DNA from: Dehalococcoidia bacterium
GTDB taxonomy: Bacteria > Chloroflexota > Dehalococcoidia > UBA2979
NCBI GenBank assembly: GCA_965262725.1
Contig: OZ253555.1
Location: 1,920,001-1,984,000, forward strand
Reading direction: 5' to 3'
DNA length: 64,000 bases
Positions 30,403 to 39,870 of this stretch are shown here, one piece after another (the stretch's first letter is position 1; each line of letters opens with the position of its first letter). The notes under the pieces were generated by a model that was given only the letters and a program-made list of their open reading frames with translations, ran no database searches and had not been told where the DNA came from. The position numbers were made by a program, and so were the translations under genes.

Positions 30403-31728
30403 TCAGGCCGGGAGCGGTATCGCCCGTAGTCGCGCGAGCGCGGCTGCCAGCTGCTCTGCCCAGGGCCAGCGCTTCGGGAGGTGCAGAGTCCACCGCCGGG
30501 CAGAGCGGGTGAGCCGTCCGGCGAGAGAGAAGTAGCGTCGCCTGAGCGTCCTGGTCGTCACGATCCCCTCGCCGAGCCCGAGGCGTGCCGTCCAGCGGGC
30601 GAGGTTGTGCGCGATCACCTGCACCGCGAGCCACGCCGCGTTCGCGGCGAAGCGGCCCGAGGGGAGATGGTTCAACCCGACGCCGTACTTGAGGTCGCGG
30701 ATCGCGTTCTCGATCTCGGCGTGACGGCGATGGTCGGCCTCCAGCTCCATCATCTCCCCCGCGCGATCGGTGATGAAGGCATGGTAACTGTAGTTCACGA
30801 AGAGTGCGAGCTGTGAGCCGGGCGTCGGCTTGACGCGCCGCACGATGAGCCGCACCGCGGTGGCGTCCCTCGTGTGCTGGAACGGCGTGTAGGTCGTCTC
30901 GGCGACAGCGGCGCCGTCGTCCTGCCAGTACGGGATCGGCGTCCAGTCCTCTTCCGGTATCGCCTCGATCAGCCGGCGTACGTTCGGCTGCTGGCGAATG
31001 GTGATGGAAAAGCGGACATCCTGCTTGCGACAGACGGCGACGACAGCGTGGTTGTAGAAGCCGCTGTCGGCGCGCACCGTGAGCTGCCCGCTCGCCCCGG
31101 CGTCGCGCACCCGCGCCACCGTCTCACGGAGAAAGTGTGCGGCCCCCCGAGCGGTGTTGGCACGGCCCCCGCGCAGCCGGGCCATCAGCACCTCACCCGT
31201 CCCGGCCGCCACCGCGAGCAGCGGGTGATAGCCGCGCACGCCCGTGTAGCCGTGGTGCCGGGCGCCCTCCTTCGCCAGGCCGTAGGTCTCGCAGAGCGTC
31301 GAGTCGAGGTCGATGGTGAACGGCGCCGCGCCGGGTCCCGCCCCGGCCGCCCAACTGCGGGCCAGCAACTCGCGGCTGACGCGGTCGAGCTGACGGACGT
31401 GGCCCCAGCGAAAGCTGCGCAGGAAGGTCCCGAGGGTGGACGGCGCCTTCACGGTGCAGCCGAGCACGCGCCCGGTGCCGCCTGAGCGCATGGCATCGGC
31501 GTCATCGATGCAGTCGCCGCCCGCGAGCGCCGAGGCGATGAGAGTCATCAGCTTGTCGCCGACGTTCGCCCGCCCCGCTGCGTCACCGAGGTCGAGGTGG
31601 GCGTCTGCCAGTTCACGGAGGCCGAGCCGGCCAGCGAGCGTGGCCGGGAGCAGCAGGCCCGCGTGGTCCACGAGGCGGTCGTCGTCGAAGGCGATGTGTA
31701 TCCGGTCGGGGCTGCTCGTTGCTAGCAT
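30403..31728 (-). CDS. IS1380-family DDE transposase (441 aa)
   Basis: TIDLDST, GYHPL, VRADSGFY and HRRHAEIENAIRDLKYG motifs. Confidence 0.92.
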   Translation of the reverse strand: MLATSSPDRIHIAFDDDRLVDHAGLLLPATLAGRLGLRELADAHLDLGDAAGRANVGDKLMTLIASALAGGDCIDDADAMRSGGTGRVLGCTVKAPSTLGTFLRSFRWGHVRQLDRVSRELLARSWAAGAGPGAAPFTIDLDSTLCETYGLAKEGARHHGYTGVRGYHPLLAVAAGTGEVLMARLRGGRANTARGAAHFLRETVARVRDAGASGQLTVRADSGFYNHAVVAVCRKQDVRFSITIRQQPNVRRLIEAIPEEDWTPIPYWQDDGAAVAETTYTPFQHTRDATAVRLIVRRVKPTPGSQLALFVNYSYHAFITDRAGEMMELEADHRRHAEIENAIRDLKYGVGLNHLPSGRFAANAAWLAVQVIAHNLARWTARLGLGEGIVTTRTLRRRYFSLAGRLTRSARRWTLHLPKRWPWAEQLAAALARLRAIPLPA

Positions 31729-32030
31729 CGAATGGGGTGCGCCAGGCTAACTGGTGCTTGGGCAGGAGGTGCAAGTCCTCTACGGCGAAGGAGCAAGCCA
31801 CTCCACGCGGTTCCGCGAGCCGTGCGCGACTCGTCGCGAGGCGAGCCGTGAAGCGTCGGCAGCGGGGTAGGCGGGCGGAGCTATTGAGCATCGAAAGATG
31901 CATAATCCGGAGTGCCGAGGCTTTCCCATTGGTCGAAGGCAACACCGGCGACGGCGCTTCTGGCGAGCCGTCGTCGGGCTCTGCGGTGTCAAAGAACTCA
32001 CGCACGTCTGCACGTCCAGCACCGGGACCT

Positions 32031-34123
32031 CATATGGATGCCTCGGTTGTCAAGCCCCGTCCAGCGGTACTTGAACGTCCGGTCTGCTGCGGCGGCGGTC
32101 GCGCGAGGATGACGACTCCGGGGTGGCGAAGGAGGGATGAGCGGGAATTGTTCGACGTCTTGTCACTCTCATATTCGCGGGTTGCCAGTGGCAGAGCCGC
32201 ATGACCCTTCTTCGTCAGGAGCAGGCGCATTCTGATATCGCGGGTTGGCGACGCGAAGCGTCGTTGCCGCATGGTTCCGTCGCGCAGTCTCCGAAACGTA
32301 GTCCCGCTTATCCGTCCTTCACCGCCCCCGGAGTCGAGGTCCCCGCCCTCCGCGGCCAGCTCCGCTGCATGCTCCTCACTCGCGGCGATGCCTGAGAGCC
32401 CCTGCTCCGTCGGGCGGATGTGCTCATCCGTCATCTCGACCCTCTGCAGGTAGCTGCCGAAGGCCGCCTGGGCGCCCTTCTCCTGGAAGGAGAGGAAGCG
32501 CGGACAGCGCCGGCGCTCGTGCGCCCAGCAGGACTTCCCATAATGGTGCCGCGCGAGCAGCGAGCACCCCGCCGACGGCTGCTGCGCCGTCTTGCGCGGC
32601 CGCGCGAAGATGACGACTCCGGGGTGGCGAAGGAGGGATGAGCGGGAATCACTCGACGTTGTGTCACTCTCATAGTCGCGGGTTGCCAGTGGCAGAGCCG
32701 CATGACCTTTCTTCGTCGGGAGGGGGCGCCGTCTGGGAACGCGGGTTGGCGACGCTTCGCGTCGTTGCCGCATGGTCCCGTCGCGCGATCTCCAGAATGT
32801 GGTCCCGTTCATCCGTCCTTCACCGCCCCCGGAGTCGACGTCTCCGCCCTCCGCGGCCGGTCTGTCCTCCTCTCCGTCCGCTCCCTGTTCGTGGCCAGCC
32901 GGCTCAGGCGGCCTGCTGCCGCTCTTCAGCGTGGGTGCGCAGCACCGCCCAGATGGCGGCGAGCAGCTCCCGCGCCACGGCCACGACGGCGACCTGCGAC
33001 GGCTTGCCTCGCTCCTTGAGATGCCGGTAGCGCCGGGACATCCGGGAACCGGTCTTGTCGGCCATCGCGACCGCCCAGCCCGGCTGGCCCTCCCGCCGTC
33101 TGCGCAGCGGCGCCCCGACGCGGTACGGGCGGATGCTGTGCCAGCCCGCCTCGACCAGCACGCGCCGGACGTGCTCGTTCCCCGTCTTGGTGATGCCGCC
33201 GCGCCGCGTCCTCGGGCCTGAGCTGTGCTCGCTCGCCACCAGCCCCACGTACGCTGCCAGCTGGTCGGGGCTTCCGAATCGCGTGATATCGCCGAGCTCG
33301 CCCAGGATCGTCATGGCGGTGACCGTGTCGATGCCGCGGAAGCAGCGGAGGAGTCCCGCCTCCGGCGCATACTCCTCACTCGCGACGATGTCTGAGAGCC
33401 TCTGCTCCATCAGGCGGATGTGTTCATCCGCCATCTCCACGCGCTGCAGGTAGCCGTCGAATGCCGCCTGGTCGCCCAGCTCCTCGAAGGAGAGCGAGCG
33501 CAGCCAGCACCGGTGCTCTCGGGTCCACGTAGACTTACCATAATGGTGGCCCGAGCGCAGCAGGAACCCCGACAGTTGCATCTGGGCCGTCTTGCGGGCC
33601 GCAACGGCGTCCTCGCGCCCACGGGTGAGGTTGCGCACAGATTCCTGCCGCTCAGTCGGCTGGTGCACCTCGGTGAGCAGTCCCGCGCGCAAGAGATGCG
33701 CCAGGTTCCGCGCGTCGCGGCGGTCCGTCTTGACGCGGTCTCCCGGCTTTGTGGGGATCAGCGCCGGCGCGATGACGCGGCAGTCGATCCCCTTCGCATC
33801 GAGAGTGCGCTTCAGCCCGAACCCGGTCGGGCCCGCCTCGTAGCAACAGACCACGGAATCCCCGGCCTCGCGGCGCAGTCGCCGCGCCAGCGCCGCCACG
33901 GACTTCGGCTCGTTGGCGAGCTGCCACTCTTCGGGCTTCTTCTCCCCGTGCAGAACGGAGACGTTGATCGTCCGCGCGTGCACGTCGAGGCCCACGTATA
34001 GCTTCGTCTGGTCCATCTGGTCTGCCCCCTACCCCTTCCATGTTCCGGTCCGGTTCCGCTCCGATGTTGCACTCGGAACAGAAACCGACACCGGTTCTCA
34101 AGGTGTCGAGGCATCCATAGGGT
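32031..34123 (-). mobile_element. IS110-A copy 2 (2093 bp); bridge RNA units at 32614-32837 and 32113-32336
   Basis: Same sub-terminal IRs; CT cores at 32029-32030 and 34124-34125. Confidence 0.9.
32904..34016 (-). CDS. IS110-family recombinase
   Basis: Identical protein to 36612..37724; 3 aa differ from copy 1. Confidence 0.95.
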   Translation of the reverse strand: MDQTKLYVGLDVHARTINVSVLHGEKKPEEWQLANEPKSVAALARRLRREAGDSVVCCYEAGPTGFGLKRTLDAKGIDCRVIAPALIPTKPGDRVKTDRRDARNLAHLLRAGLLTEVHQPTERQESVRNLTRGREDAVAARKTAQMQLSGFLLRSGHHYGKSTWTREHRCWLRSLSFEELGDQAAFDGYLQRVEMADEHIRLMEQRLSDIVASEEYAPEAGLLRCFRGIDTVTAMTILGELGDITRFGSPDQLAAYVGLVASEHSSGPRTRRGGITKTGNEHVRRVLVEAGWHSIRPYRVGAPLRRRREGQPGWAVAMADKTGSRMSRRYRHLKERGKPSQVAVVAVARELLAAIWAVLRTHAEERQQAA

Positions 34124-34904
34124 CTGGGAGGGCTCGGCCTTGTCCCTGCGTGTTGCCACGCCGGGACCGCAACGGAAAGGGCGATTCCGTAATCCGTTGA
34201 CGCACGAGGTCGAGCAATCAGATCCGGCCATAGTAGTGATGAGGGCGGCGAACAAAGAGGAGTAGACACCCTCGGCGGAGTCGACGGAGCGAAGGGCCGG
34301 ACCGGAGGGGAAGCTGGCGAAGCCCGGCACTGGCGGGACACTGCGCCCGCGTTTGGTGTCACTCGGGCTACCCGGCTACGGCACCTCTTGGGTGCCGTCT
34401 GACCTGACGGAGGAGCCGTATGCGTTAACGCGCACGTACGGATCTGTCCGGGGGGCGGCCGGCAACGGCCGTCCCTACCGGAATTGCTCCCTGTGGCTGT
34501 GACGTGATTCGTTGAAAAACCATTGTCCCAGCTACAGCGGAGCACCCAACACCAGCCGCTCGCGCACTCTTCGTTCGGTTTCCGGTAGGGACGCCGGTTA
34601 CCCGGCGCCCCCCGGACAGATCCGTACGTGCGCGCTAGCGCATACGGCTCCTCTCCCGGGTATGACGGTCGGGGCTGAAACGCACCCTGCCGTATCGGCT
34701 CGGACTTCTTGTGCCACAGGTCACCCGGCTCAGTGTCCGGCCCATGTCGAGTCCTCGCAGATTCCCCGCGAGTCCGGCCCTTGGCTCCTCCGACTCCGCA
34801 GAGGCTCGCGCCCCCTTCTATGAGGGTCGTCTGATCCGCAAGGCCGACGTGGCGGCCTTCTGCGCCGTTCTACCGATCGCGCCTCCCGTCCGCAGCCCTG
34901 TGGT

Positions 34905-35105
34905 GGTTGTCGGTGCCGATGCGAGTGGTGCCGCCGTCTTGTCCCCGGGACGTTGTGGTGACCGTGCTTCTATTCGCACTCGTCGAGGGGCCGCTCCGGG
35001 CCCGGTGCATGATGATCAGCCTGTCTCCAGGGTGTGGGCGCTGCCATCTTGTTCCCGTCCTCGTTGGGACCAGGGGGTTCCGCAGTCGCCCGCGTGTCGG
35101 CATCT
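34905..35105 (-). ncRNA. Predicted bridge RNA of IS110-B (ends approximate)
   Basis: Target guides CCCCCT (35072-35077) and GAACAAG (35048-35054) match site CCCC-CT-TGTTC. Donor guides TCATC (35011-35015) and ATAGAAG (34967-34973) match circle junction TCAT-CT-TCTAT. Confidence 0.8.
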
Positions 35106-35163
35106 CTCGTATCCTCCGAAGCCCACCGGCCGCCCGGTCGCCTCGCTCCTCGCGTGCTGTCTG

Positions 35164-36255
35164 CTACGCCGCCTCGGCCGCGCGCGCGTGGCGCAACGGC
35201 TCGTAGACCTCCCCGCTCTTCCAGAGCGCAAGCATCAGCACCGCCAGTCGCCTCGCGACCGCGACGACGGCACGCTTCTTCGCATTGCCGGCCCCCGACT
35301 CCGCGTAACGCAGCCCCCACCTGCGGAGGTCGCTGTCGGGGCCGAAGGGGCCCAGGATGTAGTGCGCGGCCTGGTTCAGCACCCGGCGCAGCGCCACGTC
35401 CCCTTCCTTCGTGATCCGCAGCTGGGGCTGCCGATCACCGGAATCGCGGCTCCGGGGCACCAGCCCCAGGTAGGGCCCCACCTCCCTGTTCTTGGGGAAG
35501 CGGGCCGGGTCCTCGATGGTGAGGATGAAGGTGAGCGAGGTGATCGGGCCGACGCCCACGATCTGCCGCAGCGCGCCGGTCTCCGCGTAGCGCTCGCACA
35601 TCGCGGCGAACTTCTTGTCGGCCTGGCGGATCTCCCCGGTCAGCTGCTCGATCTGGTGGAGCACCGGCAGCAGCGCCGGGCCCAGCTCCTCGGGGATGTG
35701 CTCTCTGACCGCGCGGTGGAAGGCCGGCGCCGTGCAGCCCGGAAGCGCCGCGCCCCACGCCTTCACCGCGCCCCGGACGTGGTTGATGAACATCGTGCGC
35801 GCCCGGACCAGCGCCTCGCGGCTGCGGAGCACCTGGAGGTCCGCCTGCGCCATGGCGCTTCGGTGCCGGATGGGGAAGAGGAGCGCCGGGTCGAATCGGC
35901 CGAGCCGTGCGAGGTGCTCGGCATCGGAGCGGTCGGTCTTGCGCTGGCTGCGCGCGATCAGCCTGACCTGCCTCGGGTTGGCGACGATCACGTCGTGACC
36001 GAGCTCCGCGAACATCCGGCTCAGCCACGGGGACCGCGGCCCCACCTCCATCACCACCCGGGCGCCCTGCAGTGGGGTGAGCGCCCGCGTGAGCGCCGCG
36101 GTCGTGGTGCGGACTCGCTCCTCCCGCACGATCTCCCCGTCGCCACCGAGGACGCAGAGGTGGCTGTAGCGGTCGCTGACGTCGATGCCGACAGTCACGA
36201 GCTCCGCATCCCCCACCTTCCTGCTCTCTGTGACATCTGATGTACGCTGTGCCAC
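35164..36255 (-). CDS. IS110-family recombinase B (GTG start after AGGAG)
   Basis: TVGIDVS, VVMEVG, KTDRSDA, LVPRSRDSG and ITKEGD motifs. Confidence 0.92.
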   Translation of the reverse strand: MAQRTSDVTESRKVGDAELVTVGIDVSDRYSHLCVLGGDGEIVREERVRTTTAALTRALTPLQGARVVMEVGPRSPWLSRMFAELGHDVIVANPRQVRLIARSQRKTDRSDAEHLARLGRFDPALLFPIRHRSAMAQADLQVLRSREALVRARTMFINHVRGAVKAWGAALPGCTAPAFHRAVREHIPEELGPALLPVLHQIEQLTGEIRQADKKFAAMCERYAETGALRQIVGVGPITSLTFILTIEDPARFPKNREVGPYLGLVPRSRDSGDRQPQLRITKEGDVALRRVLNQAAHYILGPFGPDSDLRRWGLRYAESGAGNAKKRAVVAVARRLAVLMLALWKSGEVYEPLRHARAAEAA

Positions 36256-36611
36256 GGTCGGTCTCCTACCTCTCTCGGCTCGCCTGAGCCGTTCTCCTGG
36301 GCCACCACGTGAGCCCGTGCTTGGAGGGGAAGTATCCCCTCTGAGGAGGGGACCGACCCTCATGTCATCTTGTTCGCCGGTCTCACAGCTACTATGGCCG
36401 AATCAGATTGCTTCACGGCGTACATCAGCGGCGTACGGCTTCTACCTTCCCGCTGCGGCCCCCCCGACAGGAACTGTCACAGGGGCACCGTGGAGCCCTC
36501 CCAGACCCTATGGATGCCTCGACACCTTGAGAACCGGTGTCGGTTTCTGTTCCGAGTGCAACATCGGAGCGGAACCGGACCGGAACATGGAAGGGGTAGG
36601 GGGCAGACCAG

Positions 36612-37724
36612 ATGGACCAGACGAAGCTATACGTGGGCCTCGACGTGCACGCGCGGACGATCAACGTCTCCGTTCTGCACGGGGAGAAGAAGCCCGAAGA
36701 GTGGCAGCTCGCCAACGAGCCGAAGTCCGTGGCGGCGCTGGCGCGGCGACTGCGCCGCGAGGCCGGGGATTCCGTGGTCTGTTGCTACGAGGCGGGCCCG
36801 ACCGGGTTCGGGCTGAAGCGCACTCTCGATGCGAAGGGGATCGACTGCCGCGTCATCGCGCCGGCGCTGATCCCCACAAAGCCGGGAGACCGCGTCAAGA
36901 CGGACCGCCGCGACGCGCGGAACCTGGCGCATCTCTTGCGCGCGGGACTGCTCACCGAGGTGCACCAGCCGACTGAGCGGCAGGAATCTGTGCGCAACCT
37001 CACCCGTGGGCGCGAGGACGCCGTTGCGGCCCGCAAGACGGCCCAGATGCAACTGTCGGGGTTCCTGCTGCGCTCGGGCCACCATTATGGTAAGTCTACG
37101 TGGACCCGAGAGCACCGGTGCTGGCTGCGCTCGCTCTCCTTCGAGGAGCTGGGCGACCAGGCGGCATTCGACGGCTACCTGCAGCGCGTGGAGATGGCGG
37201 ATGAACACATCCGCCTGATGGAGCAGAGGCTCTCAGACATCGTCGCGAGTGAGGAGTATGCGCCGGAGGCGGGACTCCTCCGCTGCTTCCGCGGCATCGA
37301 CACGGTCACCGCCATGACGATCCTGGGCGAGCTCGGCGATATCACGCGATTCGGAAGCCCCGACCAGCTGGCAGCGTACGTGGGGCTGGTGGCGAGCGAG
37401 CACAGCTCAGGCCCGAGGACGCGGCGCGGCGGCATCACCAAGACGGGGAACGAGCACGTCCGGCGCGTGCTGGTCGAGGCGGGCTGGCACAGCATCCGCC
37501 CGTACCGCGTCGGGGCGCCGCTGCGCAGACGGCGGGAGGGCCAGCCGGGCTGGGCGGTCGCGATGGCCGACAAGACCGGTTCCCGGATGTCCCGGCGCTA
37601 CCGGCATCTCAAGGAGCGAGGCAAGCCGTCGCAGGTCGCCGTCGTGGCCGTGGCGCGGGAGCTGCTCGCCGCCATCTGGGCGGTGCTGCGCACCCACGCT
37701 GAAGAGCGGCAGCAGGCCGCCTGA
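36612..37724 (+). CDS. IS110-family recombinase
   Basis: Same DEDD and SEHSSG motifs as copies 1 and 2. Confidence 0.95.
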   Translation: MDQTKLYVGLDVHARTINVSVLHGEKKPEEWQLANEPKSVAALARRLRREAGDSVVCCYEAGPTGFGLKRTLDAKGIDCRVIAPALIPTKPGDRVKTDRRDARNLAHLLRAGLLTEVHQPTERQESVRNLTRGREDAVAARKTAQMQLSGFLLRSGHHYGKSTWTREHRCWLRSLSFEELGDQAAFDGYLQRVEMADEHIRLMEQRLSDIVASEEYAPEAGLLRCFRGIDTVTAMTILGELGDITRFGSPDQLAAYVGLVASEHSSGPRTRRGGITKTGNEHVRRVLVEAGWHSIRPYRVGAPLRRRREGQPGWAVAMADKTGSRMSRRYRHLKERGKPSQVAVVAVARELLAAIWAVLRTHAEERQQAA

Positions 37725-37790
37725 GCCGGCTGGCCACGAACAGGGAGCGGACGGAGAGGAGGACAGACCGGCCGCGGAGGGCGGAGACGT

Positions 37791-38014
37791 CGACTCCGGG
37801 GGCGGTGAAGGACGGATGAACGGGACCACATTCTGGAGATCGCGCGACGGGACCATGCGGCAACGACGCGAAGCGTCGCCAACCCGCGTTCCCAGACGGC
37901 GCCCCCTCCCGACGAAGAAAGGTCATGCGGCTCTGCCACTGGCAACCCGCGACTATGAGAGTGACACAACGTCGAGTGATTCCCGCTCATCCCTCCTTCG
38001 CCACCCCGGAGTCG
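37791..38014 (+). ncRNA. Predicted bridge RNA unit 1 (target GGGAC-CT-GGGAR)
   Basis: Long closing stem CGACTCCGGGG...CCCCGGAGTCG. Target guides GGGACC (37849-37854) and TTCCCAG (37889-37895); donor guides GGTC (37921-37924) and TATGAG (37954-37959). Confidence 0.85.
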
Positions 38015-38029
38015 TCATCTTCGCGCGGC

Positions 38030-38275
38030 CGCGCAAGACGGCGCAGCAGCCGTCGGCGGGGTGCTCGCTGCTCGCGCGGCACCATTATGGGAAGTCCTGC
38101 TGGGCGCACGAGCGCCGGCGCTGTCCGCGCTTCCTCTCCTTCCAGGAGAAGGGCGCCCAGGCGGCCTTCGGCAGCTACCTGCAGAGGGTCGAGATGACGG
38201 ATGAGCACATCCGCCCGACGGAGCAGGGGCTCTCAGGCATCGCCGCGAGTGAGGAGCATGCAGCGGAGCTGGCCG
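38030..38275 (+). pseudogene. Degenerate internal fragment of an IS110-A-like recombinase gene between the two bridge RNAs
   Basis: RKTAQ...HHYGKS...AAFGSYLQRVEMTDEHIR resembles RKTAQ...HHYGKS...AAFDGYLQRVEMADEHIR in the intact gene. Confidence 0.8.
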
Positions 38276-38291
38276 CGGAGGGCGGGGACCT

Positions 38292-38515
38292 CGACTCCGG
38301 GGGCGGTGAAGGACGGATAAGCGGGACTACGTTTCGGAGACTGCGCGACGGAACCATGCGGCAACGACGCTTCGCGTCGCCAACCCGCGATATCAGAATG
38401 CGCCTGCTCCTGACGAAGAAGGGTCATGCGGCTCTGCCACTGGCAACCCGCGAATATGAGAGTGACAAGACGTCGAACAATTCCCGCTCATCCCTCCTTC
38501 GCCACCCCGGAGTCG
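38292..38515 (+). ncRNA. Predicted bridge RNA unit 2 (target GGAAC-CT-GATAT)
   Basis: Same scaffold 501 nt downstream. Target guides GGAACC (38350-38355) and ATATCAG (38390-38396); donor guides GGGTC (38421-38425) and ATATGAG (38454-38460). Confidence 0.8.
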
Positions 38516-38899
38516 TCATCCTCGCGCGACCGCCGCCGCAGCAGACCGGACGTTCAAGTACCGCTGGACGGGGCTTGACAACCGAGGCATCCATATGAGG
38601 TCCCGGCGATAGACGTGTGCGCGTGCATGGGGTTCTTCGACACCGTGGGGCCCGACCACGACTCGCCAATAGCGCCGTCGCCGGTATTGCCTTCGACCAA
38701 TCCAAAAGCCTCGACACCCCAAATGGCCCTTTCGATGCTCATTAGCCCCGCCCGCACACCCCGCTGCCGACGCTTCACAAGCCGCCTCGCGACGACCCGC
38801 GCACGGCTCGCGGAATGACATGAGTGGCTAACTCTTTGCCATAGAGGACTTCCACCTCCTGCCTACTCGCCAGTTAGCCTGGCGCTCTGGATCAGGGCT

Positions 38900-39097
38900 A
38901 TGCGTATCCTCGACGCCTTCATCGAGGCCGTCCCTGTGTTCAGCGACGACCTGGAGGAGATGTTTCGGGCAGAGGAGCCGCTGCGAGAGCAGGCCTTACA
39001 GACTCTTCGTCGGGCGGCCCGCTACGTTCAGGAGGTGGACGACCAACTCAGCGCCGCGGGACGCCCCCGGCCTCCAGTATGGAACCACCCGGTCTGA
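38900..39097 (+). pseudogene. Probable C-terminal gene fragment cut by IS1380
   Basis: Protein-like reading frame that starts right at the IS end. Confidence 0.4.
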
Positions 39098-39279
39098 GTC
39101 GGCAAACGAAGCGACTGGTGCGAAACGCGGCCTGCCCGATTGCCGCCGTGTCGATCGAGCTGGCAGAAGCGGCTGATCAGGCGCGACCGGGGCGAGCGCA
39201 ATCGAGCGGCGATTGCGGGCCTAGTCAGCCCGATCGTAGCCCGGGCCTGTAGAATGGGGTGGCGCGGGAGCGAGTCAAC

Positions 39280-39870
39280 ATGACGACGACCACCGAGGCG
39301 AAGCTGCTGACCGTCGGCGACCTGCTACGGCTCGACGCCGAGGGCGTGCGCGGCGAACTGATCCGGGGGGTGCTCTGCGAGACCATGCCAGCGGGACAAC
39401 GACACGGGAAGATTGTGGCAAGGCTTGTGGCTGCGTTGGTCAACTTCGCTGAGGCAGGGAGACTGGGCACGGTCGTCGCATCCGACTCGGGGGTCTGGCT
39501 GGAGCACGATCCCGACACGGTGCGCGAGCCGGACATCGCGTTCACATCAGTCGAGCGGCTGCCGCTCGACGAGGATGTCGCAGGGTACGCTGAGGTGGTC
39601 CCCGACCTTGTCGTGGAGATCGCCTCACCGAGCGACAGTCGCCGCGAGGTGCACGACAAGGCGCGGATGTGGCTCAGCCACGGCGTGCGCCTTGTCTGGG
39701 CCGTCCACCCGGAGGCGCGCGCAGTGGATGTGCATCGACCTGACGGCGATGTGGAGACGCTCGGCGAGCCGGATGCCCTCGACGGGCTGGACGTGCTGCC
39801 GGGCTTCACCTGCGACGTAAGCGCAGTCTTCGGTGGGCCAGCGGCAGGAGCTGTGCGGCAAGACGGCTGA
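39280..39870 (+). CDS. Uma2/DUF820 family PD-(D/E)XK endonuclease
   Basis: GELIRG, VREPDIAF, VPDLVVEIASPSD and K..WL.HGVRLVW motifs. Confidence 0.9.
   Translation: MTTTTEAKLLTVGDLLRLDAEGVRGELIRGVLCETMPAGQRHGKIVARLVAALVNFAEAGRLGTVVASDSGVWLEHDPDTVREPDIAFTSVERLPLDEDVAGYAEVVPDLVVEIASPSDSRREVHDKARMWLSHGVRLVWAVHPEARAVDVHRPDGDVETLGEPDALDGLDVLPGFTCDVSAVFGGPAAGAVRQDG

Larger units (their letters stand above)
31737..34484 (+). mobile_element. ORF-less intron A, second copy, interrupted by IS110-A copy 2
   Basis: Near-identical to 1199-3823; same site, 8 nt upstream of and antisense to the IS1380 ATG. Confidence 0.9.
34818..36368 (-). mobile_element. IS110/IS1111-type element B (1551 bp)
   Basis: Sub-terminal IR ATGAGGGTCG/CGACCCTCAT; CTT repeated at 34815-34817 and 36369-36371. 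The empty site CCCCCTTGTTC exists in intron B at 5410-5420. Confidence 0.9.
36505..38597 (+). mobile_element. IS110-A copy 3 (2093 bp)
   Basis: AG cores at 36503-36504 and 38598-38599; reverse complement of copy 2. Confidence 0.9.
34579..38887 (-). mobile_element. ORF-less group IIB intron C in the IS1380 left TIR, carrying IS110-A copy 3 (D1) and IS110-B (D3)
   Basis: 5' GAGCG with a D1 5' part nearly identical to intron B; D5 GAGCCGTATGCGCTAGCGCGCACGTACGGATCT; D6 ends AA; same exons as intron B. Confidence 0.85.
30181..38898 (-). mobile_element. IS1380 copy 2 containing two introns and three IS110 insertions
   Basis: Imperfect TIR CTCGAATCCACCGA (30181) versus reconstructed CCCTGATCCA|CCGA (38897 and 34578). 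Confidence 0.75.

Noticed and set aside
37816-38598. 260-aa ORF (also 32030..32812 and 1492..2151) as a second IS gene
   Set aside because: It runs through two structured RNA units and a degenerate gene fragment; better explained as non-coding.
38575-38599. TTGACA at the IS110-A right end as a circle-junction promoter
   Set aside because: No convincing -10 hexamer at 16-18 nt across the reconstructed junction.
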